DNA of 64,000 nucleotides from an uncultured Christensenella sp. (GCA_910577815.1 CAJTNO010000001.1:284557-348556); one strand, 5' to 3'. Positions 52,061 through 63,212 are shown, numbered from the stretch's first letter. Notes: a model not told the origin generated them from the letters alone. Translations and numbers: made by a program.

Positions 52061-54343
52061 TTGCAGGATAAAATCACAAGGCTGAATAAAAAAATTACGA
52101 CTCCCGCGGATTATGAGCTGCTTGCTCCCGCGGGAGATATTTACAGCTTCGATACCGCTATAGCGTGCGGCGCGGACGCAGTTTATTTGGGCTTGTCCGA
52201 TTTCAACGCTCGCAGGAAGGCGGAAAATTTCGGTATAGATAACTTAAGAGAGTGCGTTAAAAAGGCGCACTTTTTCGGTGTTAAGGTTTACGTTACCGTA
52301 AATACTCTTGTCGGCGACGGCGAGATGGGTGAACTTCTATCGCTTGTGCGCTCGGCGGCGGAGGCGAAAGCCGACGCGTTTATAGTACAGGATTTGGGCG
52401 TTGCCGTATGCTTGAAAAAGGCTTTTCCCGGAATAGTACTGCACGCAAGCACTCAGCTTGGAGTACACAATCTGTACGGCGCAAGACAGGCGGAAAAATT
52501 CGGCTTTAAAAGAGTGGTGTTATCCCGCGAAACCAAGCTGGAGGATATTATAGCAATCCGAGAGGGAACGGCGCTCGAGCTTGAGTATTTTGTGCAGGGC
52601 GCGCTGTGCGTTGCGTTCAGCGGAAGCTGTTATCTGAGCGCAAAGGAGTGCGGCGCAAGCGGAAACAGAGGGCTTTGCAAGCAGCTTTGCCGTCTGCCCT
52701 ATAAAGCCGAGTTGAACGGCGAAATAAAAGAAGGATACCTGCTAAGCGCAAAGGATTTATGCCTTGCAAACAGTCTTAAGGATTTGACAGACGCCGGCGT
52801 GACCTCCTTTAAGATAGAGGGACGTATGCGCAGGTCGGAATACGTGGGAAGCGCGGTTTCCGTCTACCGTAAATTGCTTGACGAGGTTATAAATAACAAC
52901 TCTGCCGCCCGACTGTCAAAGCAGGCGGAAAGGGATTTGCGAATTGCGTATTCGCGCGGGGACGGATACTTAGAGCGAGCCTACCTCGATGACGGGACGC
53001 CGTTTGTAATTCAAAAGCAGTTTAACAATCATACCGGCATAAAAGCAGGGTTTATCAGACGTGTTAAGAGCTTTAAGTACGATTTGTACGAAGTAACGGT
53101 TCAATCGGATGTAGAGTTAAAGAAAGGCGACGGATTAAAATTCTTTCGCGCAAACAGGGCGGACGCTTTTAATGAAGGTCGTCTGACCGAAGCCGCAAGC
53201 GCGGGCATAGGCGACGTAAAACGGATTGGCGCGGACTTGTATTCGTTTGTAACCAAAGCCGAGTTAAAGGAAGGCTGGCAGGTAAATATTATCTCGTCCG
53301 GCGAGCAGAGCGAAAGAATAAACGGCATTGTGCGTAAGGTGGATATAGACCTTGGCGTGCGCGCATTAGCCGACGAAGCGCTTACCGTTACGGCGCACTG
53401 CGATTATAAGGGTAAAGCAGTAAATGATTTAAATATTCCCGAGGGTTGCAAAGTATTATTTGACGATAACGGCATTACCTTGGAGCTTAAGGGCGATATA
53501 TGCACTCGGGCAATCAGCGCGCCCGCGGATGAGGACACTCTTGTAGCGCAGCTTATAAAGGTTGGCGACAGCGGATTTGCCGTACGCAAAGCAAGCGCGT
53601 GCACGGACAACGCGTTTGTTGCAAAATCGGCTGTTAACGCATTGCGCCGTAAAGCTGTTGAAATAATGACCGAGGTTCTGATTTGCGCAAGGGAGCAGGA
53701 CTGCGCGCGGACGGACGAAATGGCTTTTGATAAAATACTGAATGAAACGGGAAAGGCGGAGTTTAATACAAGCCGCAGATTACGTTTTATAAGCGGTTGC
53801 GAGCTTAAAAACGGTGACGGAGGCGCGGATATAAGGACGCTTACTGTTTTGCGCCCGGAGGTATACGCCGTAAAGAATATAAGGGATATGCTGAGCGCGT
53901 TGCGACTTACCGAGGATAAAATAGCTTTGCAGCTTCCCGTTATGGCGAACGGCAGGGATTTGCGCGTAATAGATAATCTGCTTGGCGAGCTTAAGGGAAT
54001 AAAGACATTGGTAAGCGAAAATATTTACGGACCGGAATTTGCAGGCAGGGGATATAAGGTAATTGCGGGCGCGGGGCATAACGCGTATAACAGGTATGCC
54101 TGCGAGGCGTTAAAGTCGGCGGGCGCCTGCGAGGTTTTGCCGTCCTTGGAATTGGGTTTGCCGACGGCTAAGGATGAAATCCCGCTTATGACTTTTGCGC
54201 ACTGTCCTTATAAAACTCTGTTTGAAAACGACTGCGCGCAATGCTCGTATAAGGACGGACTGACGCTGTCGCGCGGAAAGCGCAAATACCGCATAGAGCG
54301 CACAAAGCTTCATAACTGTTATTTCGGGATGTTTGAGGAATAA
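52061..54343 (+). CDS. Peptidase U32 family protein (long form)
   Basis: ELLAPAG, GADAVYLG, RVVLSRE, CLANSLKDL...SFKIEGRMR. TTG start after GAGGT. Confidence 0.8.
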   Translation: MQDKITRLNKKITTPADYELLAPAGDIYSFDTAIACGADAVYLGLSDFNARRKAENFGIDNLRECVKKAHFFGVKVYVTVNTLVGDGEMGELLSLVRSAAEAKADAFIVQDLGVAVCLKKAFPGIVLHASTQLGVHNLYGARQAEKFGFKRVVLSRETKLEDIIAIREGTALELEYFVQGALCVAFSGSCYLSAKECGASGNRGLCKQLCRLPYKAELNGEIKEGYLLSAKDLCLANSLKDLTDAGVTSFKIEGRMRRSEYVGSAVSVYRKLLDEVINNNSAARLSKQAERDLRIAYSRGDGYLERAYLDDGTPFVIQKQFNNHTGIKAGFIRRVKSFKYDLYEVTVQSDVELKKGDGLKFFRANRADAFNEGRLTEAASAGIGDVKRIGADLYSFVTKAELKEGWQVNIISSGEQSERINGIVRKVDIDLGVRALADEALTVTAHCDYKGKAVNDLNIPEGCKVLFDDNGITLELKGDICTRAISAPADEDTLVAQLIKVGDSGFAVRKASACTDNAFVAKSAVNALRRKAVEIMTEVLICAREQDCARTDEMAFDKILNETGKAEFNTSRRLRFISGCELKNGDGGADIRTLTVLRPEVYAVKNIRDMLSALRLTEDKIALQLPVMANGRDLRVIDNLLGELKGIKTLVSENIYGPEFAGRGYKVIAGAGHNAYNRYACEALKSAGACEVLPSLELGLPTAKDEIPLMTFAHCPYKTLFENDCAQCSYKDGLTLSRGKRKYRIERTKLHNCYFGMFEE

Positions 54344-54394
54344 GAAAAGGACGCTCTAAGAGCGTCTTTTCTTCATTTGTTTAATCTTTTGCTA

Positions 54395-54565
54395 TTATGC
54401 CTCAGAAATTGCACCTACGGGGCAACCGTCTTCGCAAGCACCGCAATCGATGCACGCATCGGGGTCAACAACGTATTTTCCGTCGCCCTCAGCTATAGCA
54501 CCTACGGGGCAGGTGTCTGCGCACGCGCCGCAAGAAATGCATTCGTCACTTATAACTCTTGCCAT
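54395..54565 (-). CDS. 2x[4Fe-4S] ferredoxin
   Basis: 56 aa with CISCGACADTCP and CIDCGACEDGCP. Confidence 0.9.
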   Translation of the reverse strand: MARVISDECISCGACADTCPVGAIAEGDGKYVVDPDACIDCGACEDGCPVGAISEA

Positions 54566-54691
54566 AGTTCTCTCTCCTTTTAAAGTGGTTGTCATTATAA
54601 TAGCATACCGTTTTAAATTTGTACAGTGATTTTGTAACTTATACCTTTATTGTAATTTGTATTGTGTTATTAAATTTGTAATAACCACAGA

Positions 54692-55546
54692 TTACTCTTC
54701 GTCGGATATGCTATCGATTTCGGCGGTGGATTGTCTTTCGCCGATGTGCATATCGTCTAAGGCGTATGTGCGTACGTCAAAAGTTCCGTCTTTAAGCATT
54801 ACCTTGACGCGGGCGGTCTGCTTGATAAGGTCGTTGGATTCCACCGTTCCCTCGCCGTCGGGAGTTTTTACCTTGCTGCCTACCTTAGGCATAAGCTTAT
54901 ATACCTCGGTGTAATATGAGTTTTCATATTTAAGACAGCACATAAGCCGTCCGCAAACTCCGCTTATCTTTTGCGGATTGAGCGAAAGTCCCTGTACCTT
55001 TGCCATCTTAATGGATACCTTTTCAAAGTCGGGCAGGTGGGCGGTGCAGCAGCAGGCTCTGCCGCAGGGCGCAAGCGCGCCGCGCATCTTTGTATCGTCG
55101 CGCTCGTAAATCTGTCTAAGCTCGATGCGGATTTTGAAAATCGAGGCAAGCACTCGCACAAGCTCGCGGAAGTCTACTCTGCCGTCGGCGGTGAAATAGA
55201 ATATCAGCTTGGAGCGGTCGAAGGTGTATTCGGCGTCTACAAGCTTCATATTCAGCTTCATTTCCGTCACCTTTTCGCGTATAACTCTGAGCGCCTCCGC
55301 CTTATCCTCCTGATTTTTCTTTACTCTTTCCAAATCCTCGTCGGTCGCCTTGCGCTGTACGGATTTTAAGGGCTGTACAATCTCGCTGTCGTCCACCGTC
55401 TTGTTGGCTACGGCTACGACGGCGTATTCGAGTCCGCGGGCGGTTTCGACAATTACGCCGTCGCCCTCCGCATATACTCCGCCTTCGGGATTGAAATAAT
55501 ATATTTTGTTGCTGTTTTTGTATCTTATTCCTATGATTTCGGGCAT
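54692..55546 (-). CDS. yaaT: PSP1-domain protein YaaT/RicT (stage 0 sporulation)
   Basis: GDGVIVETARGLEYA..., the Cys cluster GRACCCTAHL and CGRLMCCLKYE. Synteny tmk-holB-yaaT. Confidence 0.85.
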   Translation of the reverse strand: MPEIIGIRYKNSNKIYYFNPEGGVYAEGDGVIVETARGLEYAVVAVANKTVDDSEIVQPLKSVQRKATDEDLERVKKNQEDKAEALRVIREKVTEMKLNMKLVDAEYTFDRSKLIFYFTADGRVDFRELVRVLASIFKIRIELRQIYERDDTKMRGALAPCGRACCCTAHLPDFEKVSIKMAKVQGLSLNPQKISGVCGRLMCCLKYENSYYTEVYKLMPKVGSKVKTPDGEGTVESNDLIKQTARVKVMLKDGTFDVRTYALDDMHIGERQSTAEIDSISDEE

Positions 55547-56514
55547 TTGTGCCTTACCTCCAATATCGAAAATAACAGGTTGTCTATCGCCGACAGCGCG
55601 CCGACGTTTAAGGATAGCTGCCTGCGCGTATCGTTTATGATAGCAAGTATTTTTGCAAGCGCAAGCGGCGAATAGCCTTCGGCAAGCGCGGCTATCTCGC
55701 CCGTCACGTGCTTGGACAGCAGCATTTCGGGGCGGGACTGTATTACGAGCATATCGCGTATTATTATGGACAGCACGTCCAAAAATGCGCCTATATTGCT
55801 TTCGTTTGCAACGGAGCCGTCGTATTTAAGCACGTCCGAGCTTCTGTTCAGCCCGCGCATAAGATTGAGCGCGGAGCGGTACAGCTCGGCGTACTCGGGC
55901 GACGTGGCGATTTTGCGCGCCTTTCCCAGCATACCCTCGCTGCAGGCGGCGGCTACCGCGCTTAGCTCCCCGTCGCAGCCGAGCGCAAGCATTGCCGAGT
56001 AAACCGTTTCCTTGTCGAAAACGTCTATGTGTATCGTTCTTGCGCGGGATTTTACGGTGTCCAGCATAGCGGACTCGTTTGCCACTCCCAAAAATACCGT
56101 AACGTTTGCGGGCGGCTCCTCAAAGGTCTTGAGCAGCTTATTCTGCGCCTGTGCGTTCATAAGGTCGGCGCGGTGTATAAAATAAAGCTTCCGTCCCGAG
56201 AGCGCCTTGATATATACCGAGGACAGCATATTGTTGACGTCCTCTACCTTTATCTTTTCGCGCTTTACGTTTATGTGAAATACGTCCGAGTGATTGCCGT
56301 GCAGTATCTTTCGGCACTCGGGGCATTCAAGACAGGCGGAATTACTGTTCTCGCAATGTATCGCGCAGGCGGCGAGCGTAAAAAATTCGTCGACTACGTC
56401 GTCGTCGCCCGAGCTTATTATATATGCGTGCGAAAGCCCCGATTTTATATCGTTTTGTATAAGCGAGTAAGCACGCGAAGCCTTAAGAGCCTTTTCAAAT
56501 ACGAGTCCGCTCAC
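55531..56514 (-). CDS. holB: DNA polymerase III subunit delta'
   Basis: SHAYIISSGDD, zinc module CLECPECRKI, KLLKTFEEPP. Confidence 0.85.
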   Translation of the reverse strand: MSGLVFEKALKASRAYSLIQNDIKSGLSHAYIISSGDDDVVDEFFTLAACAIHCENSNSACLECPECRKILHGNHSDVFHINVKREKIKVEDVNNMLSSVYIKALSGRKLYFIHRADLMNAQAQNKLLKTFEEPPANVTVFLGVANESAMLDTVKSRARTIHIDVFDKETVYSAMLALGCDGELSAVAAACSEGMLGKARKIATSPEYAELYRSALNLMRGLNRSSDVLKYDGSVANESNIGAFLDVLSIIIRDMLVIQSRPEMLLSKHVTGEIAALAEGYSPLALAKILAIINDTRRQLSLNVGALSAIDNLLFSILEVRHKCPKS

Positions 56515-57119
56515 TTGATTATACCTCTTTCTCTCATAACCGAAATTATTTTGGCGGAGGTGACGTTTTTGTCGAAATCGGGCTTTATAGGCACAATTCT
56601 GCCGTCAGAAGTGCCGATTTCGTTTATAAAGCCTTTGTAGACCTTTTCAAAAAATTCGTTGGATTCCTGCTCCAGTCTGTCCTCCGTGCGGTAGGTGCGC
56701 CAGGAATGCTCGGGGCTTAAATCTATAAATACTGTAAGGTCGGGCATACAGCCGTCAACGGCGGGGGCGTTAATTCGCTTTATAAGCTCCGCGCCCATTT
56801 CGCGCCCGTAGCCCTGATAGGCGACCGAGCTGTCTATGTATCTGTCGCATATTATCAATTCGCCGCGCTCGAGGGCGGGCTTTATCACCTCGCGCACAAG
56901 CTGCGCGCGGCTTGCCGCATACAAAAGCGCTTCGGTCATATCCGTCATTGCGGTGTTTGCGGTATCCAGAATTACGCGGCGTATCTGCTCCGAGATTTCC
57001 GTGCTGCCCGGCTCGCGCACGTACACCGCGCGCTGTCCCGTTTTTTCAAGATATTCCTTTAAAAGTCGCAGCTGCGTGGATTTTCCCACTCCCTCGCAGC
57101 CCTCGAACGATACGAACAT
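56511..57119 (-). CDS. tmk: dTMP (thymidylate) kinase
   Basis: MFVSFEGCEGVGKSTQ P-loop, DRYIDSSVAYQG. Confidence 0.92.
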   Translation of the reverse strand: MFVSFEGCEGVGKSTQLRLLKEYLEKTGQRAVYVREPGSTEISEQIRRVILDTANTAMTDMTEALLYAASRAQLVREVIKPALERGELIICDRYIDSSVAYQGYGREMGAELIKRINAPAVDGCMPDLTVFIDLSPEHSWRTYRTEDRLEQESNEFFEKVYKGFINEIGTSDGRIVPIKPDFDKNVTSAKIISVMRERGIIK

Positions 57120-57300
57120 ATTTTTATCCTCTTGAGTGATTTACTTAGTATATCACGCTTTTAGGATTTTTACAACTTTATTATCCATATCTATAACCCC
57201 GTCCGCAACTTTACTCCGATTTTATCGTTGACTTTTAAACAACTAAGTATTAGACTAACTATTATTATATATACAATATAAATACTCCTTCGAGGTAGAT

Positions 57301-59718
57301 ATGGACTATAAGCAGATTGAAGCCAAATGGCAGAAAAAGTGGGCGGAAAGCGGACTGTATAAGTTTAATCGCGACAACGTAGACAAAAAGTATTACTGTC
57401 TTGAGATGTTTTCCTATCCGTCGGGCGCAAAGCTCCACGCGGGACACTGGTACAACTACGGACCTGCCGATACCTTTGCGCGCTTTAAGCGTATGCAGGG
57501 CTACGAGGTGTTTCAGCCGATGGGCTTTGACGCCTTCGGTCTGCCCGCCGAAAACTATGCCATAAAGACGGGTATCCACCCCGAGGAAAGCACCCTCAAA
57601 AATATTGAAACTATGGAGGGACAGCTCCGCAGAATCGGCGCGACCTACGATTGGGATTACGAGGTTAAAACCTGTACGCCCGATTACTACAGGTGGACGC
57701 AATGGATGTTTTTGCAGCTCTATAAGCGCGGTCTTGCATACAGAAAGGAGGCTCCCGTCAACTGGTGTCCGTCCTGTAATACGGTGCTTGCAAACGAGCA
57801 GGCGCAGGGCGGGGTGTGCGAGAGATGCGGCAGTCAGGTCACGCACAAGAACCTTAATCAGTGGTTTTTTAAGATAACCGAGTATGCCGACGAGCTGCTT
57901 GAAGGACTGGACAAGCTGGATTGGCCCGAAAAGACCAAGCTTATGCAGAAGAACTGGATTGGCAGAAGCTACGGCGGAGAGATAGAGTTTGCCGTTAAGG
58001 GCTCGGACGTAAAATTCAGAGTGTTTACGACAAGAGCGGATACGGCTTTCGGCGTGACTTACGTGGTGCTTGCGCCCGAAAGTCCGCTTGTGGACAGGAT
58101 TGTAACCCCCGAGCAGCGCGCCGCCGTCGAGGAATACAGGGAGAGGAGCGCCGCCGTTACCGAAATAGACCGTATGTCCTCCACCCGTGAAAAGACGGGA
58201 GTGCTTACGGGCGCGTATGCGATAAATCCCGTAAACGGCAGAGAGGTCCCCATTCTCGTTGCGGATTACGTTATCGCAAGCTACGGCACCGGCGCGGTTA
58301 TGGGTGTTGCCGCGCACGACGACAGAGATTTCGTCTTTGCAAAAAAGCTCGGCCTGCCGATAGAGCGCGTTATAAAGGGAAAGGAAGGTCAGGACGATAC
58401 GCTTCCGTTTACCGAGTACGGCGTGCTTACCAACAGCGCGGAGTTTGACGGAATGACCTCCGAGGACGCAAAGCTTGCTATACTCAAGAAGCTGGAAAAG
58501 GAGGGCAAGGGCTGTCTTAAGACAAACTACCGTCTGCGCGACTGGCTTGTAAGCCGTCAGCGTTATTGGGGCGCGCCTATTCCCGTTATCCACTGCGAGC
58601 ATTGCGGAGCCGTTCCCGTGCCCGAAAAGGATTTGCCCGTGCGACTTCCGCACAACGTGAACTTTACTCCCGACGGAGAATCGCCTCTTAAAAAGTGCGA
58701 CGAGTTTATAAATACGGCTTGTCCCGTTTGCGGACGTCCCGCAAAGCGCGACGCGGATACTCTCGATACCTTTGTATGCTCAAGCTGGTATTTCCTGCGC
58801 TATCCCGACAACCGCAACGGCGAAAAGCCCTTCGATACCGAGTGGATAGACAAAATGCTGCCCGTAGATAAGTATATCGGCGGCGCGGAGCACGCCTGTA
58901 TGCATCTGCTTTACGCGCGATTCTTCACCAAGGCGTTGCGCGATATGGGCTATCTGCACTTCGACGAGCCGTTTTTGTCGCTTGTGCATCAGGGTACTAT
59001 CCTCGGCACGGACGGCAATAAAATGAGCAAATCCCGCGGCAACGTGGTATCTCCCGACGACAGCATCGTAAAGTTCGGCGCGGACGTTTTCAGAGTATAT
59101 CTGATGTTCGGGTTCAACTATGTGGAGGGCGGTCCCTGGAACGAAAGCGGTCTTGAATCCGTCAACCGATTCTTTGAGAGAATAGAGCGTATAGTCAAAA
59201 AATGCTACGAGGTGGATTTTACGGACGCGCCCTACGGCAAGGCGGAAAAGGAGCTTAACCGCATACGTCACAACACAATAAAGAGCGTGACAAACGACCT
59301 CGGCACCTTCTCGTTTAATACTGCTATAGCAAGACTTATGGAGTTTGTAAACGCTATATATGCCTACGACGGGGCGGCGGAGCATAAAAACTCGCTGTAT
59401 AAGGATTGCGCAAAGGATTTGGTGCTGCTGTTCGCTCCGTTTGCTCCGCATTTTTCCGAGGAGCTTTGGGAGATGACGGGCGGCGGATATTCGATATTCA
59501 ATCAGTCCTATCCGCAGTATGACGAAAAAGCTACGGTGCTTGACGAAATAGAGCTGGCGGTGCAGATAAATTCCAAGCTGCGCGGAAGAATAAACGTGGC
59601 AAACGGCGCGCCTAAGGAGGATATCGAAAACGCCGCGCTCGGTGCGCTGGGGCTCGAGCGCTCCGCCGTGAAAAAGATTATCATTGTGCCTAACAGGCTT
59701 GTAAATATTATAGCCTAA
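57301..59718 (+). CDS. leuS: Leucine--tRNA ligase
   Basis: 805 aa. HAGHWYNY (HIGH region), a CP1 editing domain, KMSKSRGN. Confidence 0.95.
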   Translation: MDYKQIEAKWQKKWAESGLYKFNRDNVDKKYYCLEMFSYPSGAKLHAGHWYNYGPADTFARFKRMQGYEVFQPMGFDAFGLPAENYAIKTGIHPEESTLKNIETMEGQLRRIGATYDWDYEVKTCTPDYYRWTQWMFLQLYKRGLAYRKEAPVNWCPSCNTVLANEQAQGGVCERCGSQVTHKNLNQWFFKITEYADELLEGLDKLDWPEKTKLMQKNWIGRSYGGEIEFAVKGSDVKFRVFTTRADTAFGVTYVVLAPESPLVDRIVTPEQRAAVEEYRERSAAVTEIDRMSSTREKTGVLTGAYAINPVNGREVPILVADYVIASYGTGAVMGVAAHDDRDFVFAKKLGLPIERVIKGKEGQDDTLPFTEYGVLTNSAEFDGMTSEDAKLAILKKLEKEGKGCLKTNYRLRDWLVSRQRYWGAPIPVIHCEHCGAVPVPEKDLPVRLPHNVNFTPDGESPLKKCDEFINTACPVCGRPAKRDADTLDTFVCSSWYFLRYPDNRNGEKPFDTEWIDKMLPVDKYIGGAEHACMHLLYARFFTKALRDMGYLHFDEPFLSLVHQGTILGTDGNKMSKSRGNVVSPDDSIVKFGADVFRVYLMFGFNYVEGGPWNESGLESVNRFFERIERIVKKCYEVDFTDAPYGKAEKELNRIRHNTIKSVTNDLGTFSFNTAIARLMEFVNAIYAYDGAAEHKNSLYKDCAKDLVLLFAPFAPHFSEELWEMTGGGYSIFNQSYPQYDEKATVLDEIELAVQINSKLRGRINVANGAPKEDIENAALGALGLERSAVKKIIIVPNRLVNIIA

Positions 59719-59758
59719 TCAAACAACAATTTTAAAATCAACTGACAGGAGATTCGGT

Positions 59759-61042
59759 ATGTTAGATTTAATAAGAATAAGAAACAATCCGCAGGCAGTG
59801 GCAGACGCTCTGGCAAAAAAGGGCTTTAAGGCTGATTTCGACGAGGTTATCGCGTGGGACGATATGCGCAAGGCGCTTATAACCGACGTGGAGCAGTTGA
59901 AGGCGCAGAAAAATAAGGTGTCGGCGCAGATACCCGTGCTTAAAAAGGCAGGTCAGTCCGTCGAGCCTATTTTTGAGGAGATGAGAAAGCTCGGCGACGA
60001 GATTGCCGCGAGCGACGCTAAGATTGCGGAGCTGATTGCAAATATAAACGACACTCTTGCCTGTATGCCCAATATCCCCGACGACGACCTGCTCGCGGGA
60101 GAAAAGGAAAACAATCAGGTAGTTAAGACGGGCGGCAAAAAGCCGGAGTTTGACTTTACTCCCAAAAACCACGTTGACCTTTGCACCGACCTCGGGCTTA
60201 TCGACTACGAGCGCGGAGTAAAGCTGAGCGGCAACGGCTTCTGGATTTACAGAGGCGTCGGCGCAAGACTGGAATGGGCGTTGCTCAATTATTTTGTGGA
60301 CGAGCATTTACAGGACGGCTACGAATTTATTCTGCCGCCCTATCAGCTTGGATATAACTGCGGCTTCGGAGCGGGGCAGTTTCCAAAATTCAGCGACGAG
60401 GTTTACTGGCTGGATTGCGACGAGGATAAAAAACGCAACCGCTTTATGCTTCCCACCGCCGAAACCGCGCTTGTAAATATGTATGCGGGCGAAATTATAG
60501 ACGAAAGCAGGCTTCCTATGAAATTCTTTGCGTACTCGCCCTGCTTCAGAAAGGAGGCGGGCTCTGCACGCACGGAGGAGCGCGGAATGATTAGAGGACA
60601 TCAGTTCAACAAGATTGAGATGGTGCAGTACGCGCATCCCGACCGCAGTATGGAGGCTTTTGAGGAGCTTGTAGAAAAGGCGGCGAGACTTGTCGAAAAG
60701 CTTGGACTTCACTATCGCGTGAGCAAGCTTGCGGCGGGCGACTGCTCGGCTTCTATGGCGAGAACCTACGACGTGGAGCTGTGGATTCCGTCTATGGGAA
60801 TTTATAAGGAGTGTTCGTCCGTAAGCAACGCAAACGATTATCAGGCGCGCAGAAATAATACTCGTTTCCGTGATTCCAAGACGGGCAAGCCGCAGTTTGT
60901 GCATACTCTTAACGGCAGCGGTCTTGCAACGTCGCGACTTATCCCCGCAATCGTCGAGCAGTATCAGAATGCGGACGGAAGCGTTACCGTGCCCGAAGTT
61001 TTACGTAAGTATTTAAATATAGATTGTATATCTAATAAATAA
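59759..61042 (+). CDS. serS: Serine--tRNA ligase
   Basis: N-terminal coiled-coil arm and class II motifs (FRKEAGSAR, RGHQFNKIEM, TLNGSGLATSR). Confidence 0.95.
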   Translation: MLDLIRIRNNPQAVADALAKKGFKADFDEVIAWDDMRKALITDVEQLKAQKNKVSAQIPVLKKAGQSVEPIFEEMRKLGDEIAASDAKIAELIANINDTLACMPNIPDDDLLAGEKENNQVVKTGGKKPEFDFTPKNHVDLCTDLGLIDYERGVKLSGNGFWIYRGVGARLEWALLNYFVDEHLQDGYEFILPPYQLGYNCGFGAGQFPKFSDEVYWLDCDEDKKRNRFMLPTAETALVNMYAGEIIDESRLPMKFFAYSPCFRKEAGSARTEERGMIRGHQFNKIEMVQYAHPDRSMEAFEELVEKAARLVEKLGLHYRVSKLAAGDCSASMARTYDVELWIPSMGIYKECSSVSNANDYQARRNNTRFRDSKTGKPQFVHTLNGSGLATSRLIPAIVEQYQNADGSVTVPEVLRKYLNIDCISNK

Positions 61043-61063
61043 AAGCTTAGTTGAAAGTAACAA

Positions 61064-61306
61064 GCGCGTGCAGGGCGCGCGCCAAATTGAGTGCCGAAGT
61101 GCGATGATAGTACAAGTGAGCGGACAAATGCAGTTTGACTGTCCGCGAACGAGTGGCATAATAAAGCGACGGTGGTTGTTCACGAGTGCCGTCTGTCTCC
61201 CCCGCGAGCGATGTGCAGTTAAATAGTGAAATCACTATTTCGAGTGGTGGGAGAAATACCGGCGAGACCGGAAAGAGGGGGCTATTCTATTTATAGTTCA
61301 CGACGG
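61064..61306 (+). repeat. Modular intergenic element, copy B (candidate structured RNA or BOX-like repeat)
   Basis: Shares the 5' block (61070-61121) and 3' block (61242-61304) with copy A at 15468-15760. It fills almost the whole serS-nrdG spacer. Confidence 0.6.
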
Positions 61307-61321
61307 GGTATTATTTAACAT

Positions 61322-62017
61322 ATGAAAATCAACGGTTACGAAAAGTTTTCAATGGTCGATTTCGAGGGCAAAATCGCTTGCACCGTTTTTACGGGCGGCT
61401 GCAACCTGCGTTGTCCCTTTTGTCATAACGGCTCGCTTGTGATAGGCGACGTAAAGGCAAATCAGATTGACGACGGCGAGGTTATGGAATATCTCGAGAA
61501 ACGCCGCGGGCTTGTGGACGCGGTCAGCGTTACGGGCGGCGAAGCTACGCTTCAGCCCGACCTTGCGGATTTTCTCAGGCGCGTGCGCGCGCTTGGATAT
61601 ATCACCAAGCTTGACACAAACGGATTACGTCCCGACGTGCTTAAAAATCTGCTTGACGAGGGACTTGTCGATTATGTGGCTATGGATATTAAAAACAGCC
61701 CCGAAAAGTACGCGTTTACTACGGGGCTTAAGTGCGTTGACCTCGATAAAATCAACGAGAGTATGCGCATTATAAAGGAAAGCGGAGTTAATCACGAATA
61801 CCGCACGACGATAATCAAGGAGTTTCACACCGCAGAGGATATGGAAAGAATTGCGCAGTGGGTTAGCGGCGCAAACGCATATTATATGCAGAAATACAGC
61901 GACAGCGAGGGCTGTATATCCCACGGCTATCACGAAATCGAAAAAGCGCAGGCGGAGGAATTTGCCAAGCTATTTGAAAATAAAGTAGTAAAGGTTGGCT
62001 TACGCGGATACAACTAA
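61322..62017 (+). CDS. nrdG: Anaerobic ribonucleotide reductase activating protein (radical SAM)
   Basis: FSMVDFEGKIACTVFTGGCNLRCPFCHN and GGEATLQPDL, typical of the NrdG2 class. It lies about 10 kb from nrdD. Confidence 0.8.
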   Translation: MKINGYEKFSMVDFEGKIACTVFTGGCNLRCPFCHNGSLVIGDVKANQIDDGEVMEYLEKRRGLVDAVSVTGGEATLQPDLADFLRRVRALGYITKLDTNGLRPDVLKNLLDEGLVDYVAMDIKNSPEKYAFTTGLKCVDLDKINESMRIIKESGVNHEYRTTIIKEFHTAEDMERIAQWVSGANAYYMQKYSDSEGCISHGYHEIEKAQAEEFAKLFENKVVKVGLRGYN

Positions 62018-62053
62018 CGATAAAATTCGGCATAAAGCGCAGAACAGTATTTG

Positions 62054-62257
62054 CTAAACGTCGTTTAAAGCATCGCCGAGAAGTTCGTTTATAGAAACAT
62101 TATATAAATTTGCAAGCATAGCTAACTTATCGGCGCGTATAGTTAGAGGTTTTTGTTCATACCGCCTATATGTGTTGTCGCTGATATGTAATATCTCCGC
62201 TACCTGCTTACAGCTATATCCGCGTCTTTTTCTTAATTTTTTTAATTTCGACCACAT
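62054..62257 (-). CDS. XRE-family helix-turn-helix regulator (67 aa)
   Basis: LRKRRGYSCKQVAEILHISDNTYRRYEQ HTH pattern, in an AT-rich stretch. Confidence 0.7.
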   Translation of the reverse strand: MWSKLKKLRKRRGYSCKQVAEILHISDNTYRRYEQKPLTIRADKLAMLANLYNVSINELLGDALNDV

Positions 62258-62618
62258 TTTTTTCTCCTGCTTAAGTGAATTTGTATATGAGTAAACTTAT
62301 ACCTGAAGCTTTTTATTTTAGTGTATATATCTCAAGTTGTGATAAGGTTTTTTATAATCATAGCATTAAAAAACCGTGCTGTGCGCAAATATGAGTATTC
62401 TCATTTTATAAATCAAAATTGTGTATTAAGTTATAAGTAAAATTATCAAATAAGCAAAAAGCGGGGATTTACTCCTCGCTTTTTGCACCTTGTTAGTTTG
62501 CGCTAACAGCAAAACTCATTGCTGATTATATATTGATTATTACTAAGTTAGTGCAATGATTTTGCGTACACGTAGCACGTTGGCGTGCGCAGTGTGTTAC
62601 GTTTGGCGCAAATATAAA

Positions 62619-63212
62619 TTAGCATACTCCGTCCTGCAGCTTAAGCATTACAAAGCCTTGCTTTGCTTTGCACAGCGGGCAGGTGTCCCAAGCCTCCTTG
62701 CCTTCCGCCTCGTAGCCGCAGCCCGCACATTTCCATTTTACCGCCTTCGGCTTTTTGTAGAGCGTGCCCGTGGACATCTGATTGTGCAAATCCTCAAACA
62801 GCATTTTGTGACAGTTCTCTACGTCGCCTATCATCTTAAACAGATTTGCAATTTCCTCAAAGCCTTCCTCGCGCGCGGTCTTTTCAAATTCCTTGTAGAT
62901 TTTTATTTCCGCCGCTTCGTCCTCCGCCGCAAGCTTAAGGTTTTCTATAAGATTCCATTTCTCCTTAAACGGATATCCCGTTGCAATATCGATATTGTCT
63001 ATCGTCTTGTTGCTCGCCTGCTGTATTGCCGTGTAGAGCATACGCGCGTGATTGAATTCGTTAAATACGATTTTGTCTATCACCTCCGAAAGGGCGTTGT
63101 AGCCCTCGTTGCGCGCGCCGTACTCTATAAACTTGTAGCGCGTGTATGCTTGGGTTTCGCCTGCGTACGCTTTTGCAAGGTTGAGCAGAGTTTTACTGTC
63201 GATAAGTTTCAT
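62619..63212 (-). CDS. rbr: Rubrerythrin
   Basis: Ferritin-like diiron domain (EFNHARMLY, EDEAAE..) plus a C-terminal rubredoxin-like CAGCG...CPLC. Confidence 0.9.
   Translation of the reverse strand: MKLIDSKTLLNLAKAYAGETQAYTRYKFIEYGARNEGYNALSEVIDKIVFNEFNHARMLYTAIQQASNKTIDNIDIATGYPFKEKWNLIENLKLAAEDEAAEIKIYKEFEKTAREEGFEEIANLFKMIGDVENCHKMLFEDLHNQMSTGTLYKKPKAVKWKCAGCGYEAEGKEAWDTCPLCKAKQGFVMLKLQDGVC

Noticed and set aside
57120-57300. T-box leaders upstream of the four aminoacyl-tRNA synthetase genes (alaS, lysS, leuS, serS).
   Set aside because: No T-box sequence (GGUGGUACCGCG-like), specifier stem or terminator/antiterminator pair is visible. The alaS start is overlapped by the upstream ORF. 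serS is 40 nt from leuS, and lysS is 40 nt from greA.
15468-61306. The two copies of the element could be attL/attR of a 45-kb integrated element.
   Set aside because: The interval is full of core genes (ispE, glg operon, dut, nrdD, holB, tmk, leuS, serS) with backbone composition. The copies have modular blocks with variable interiors rather than a simple duplicated core site.
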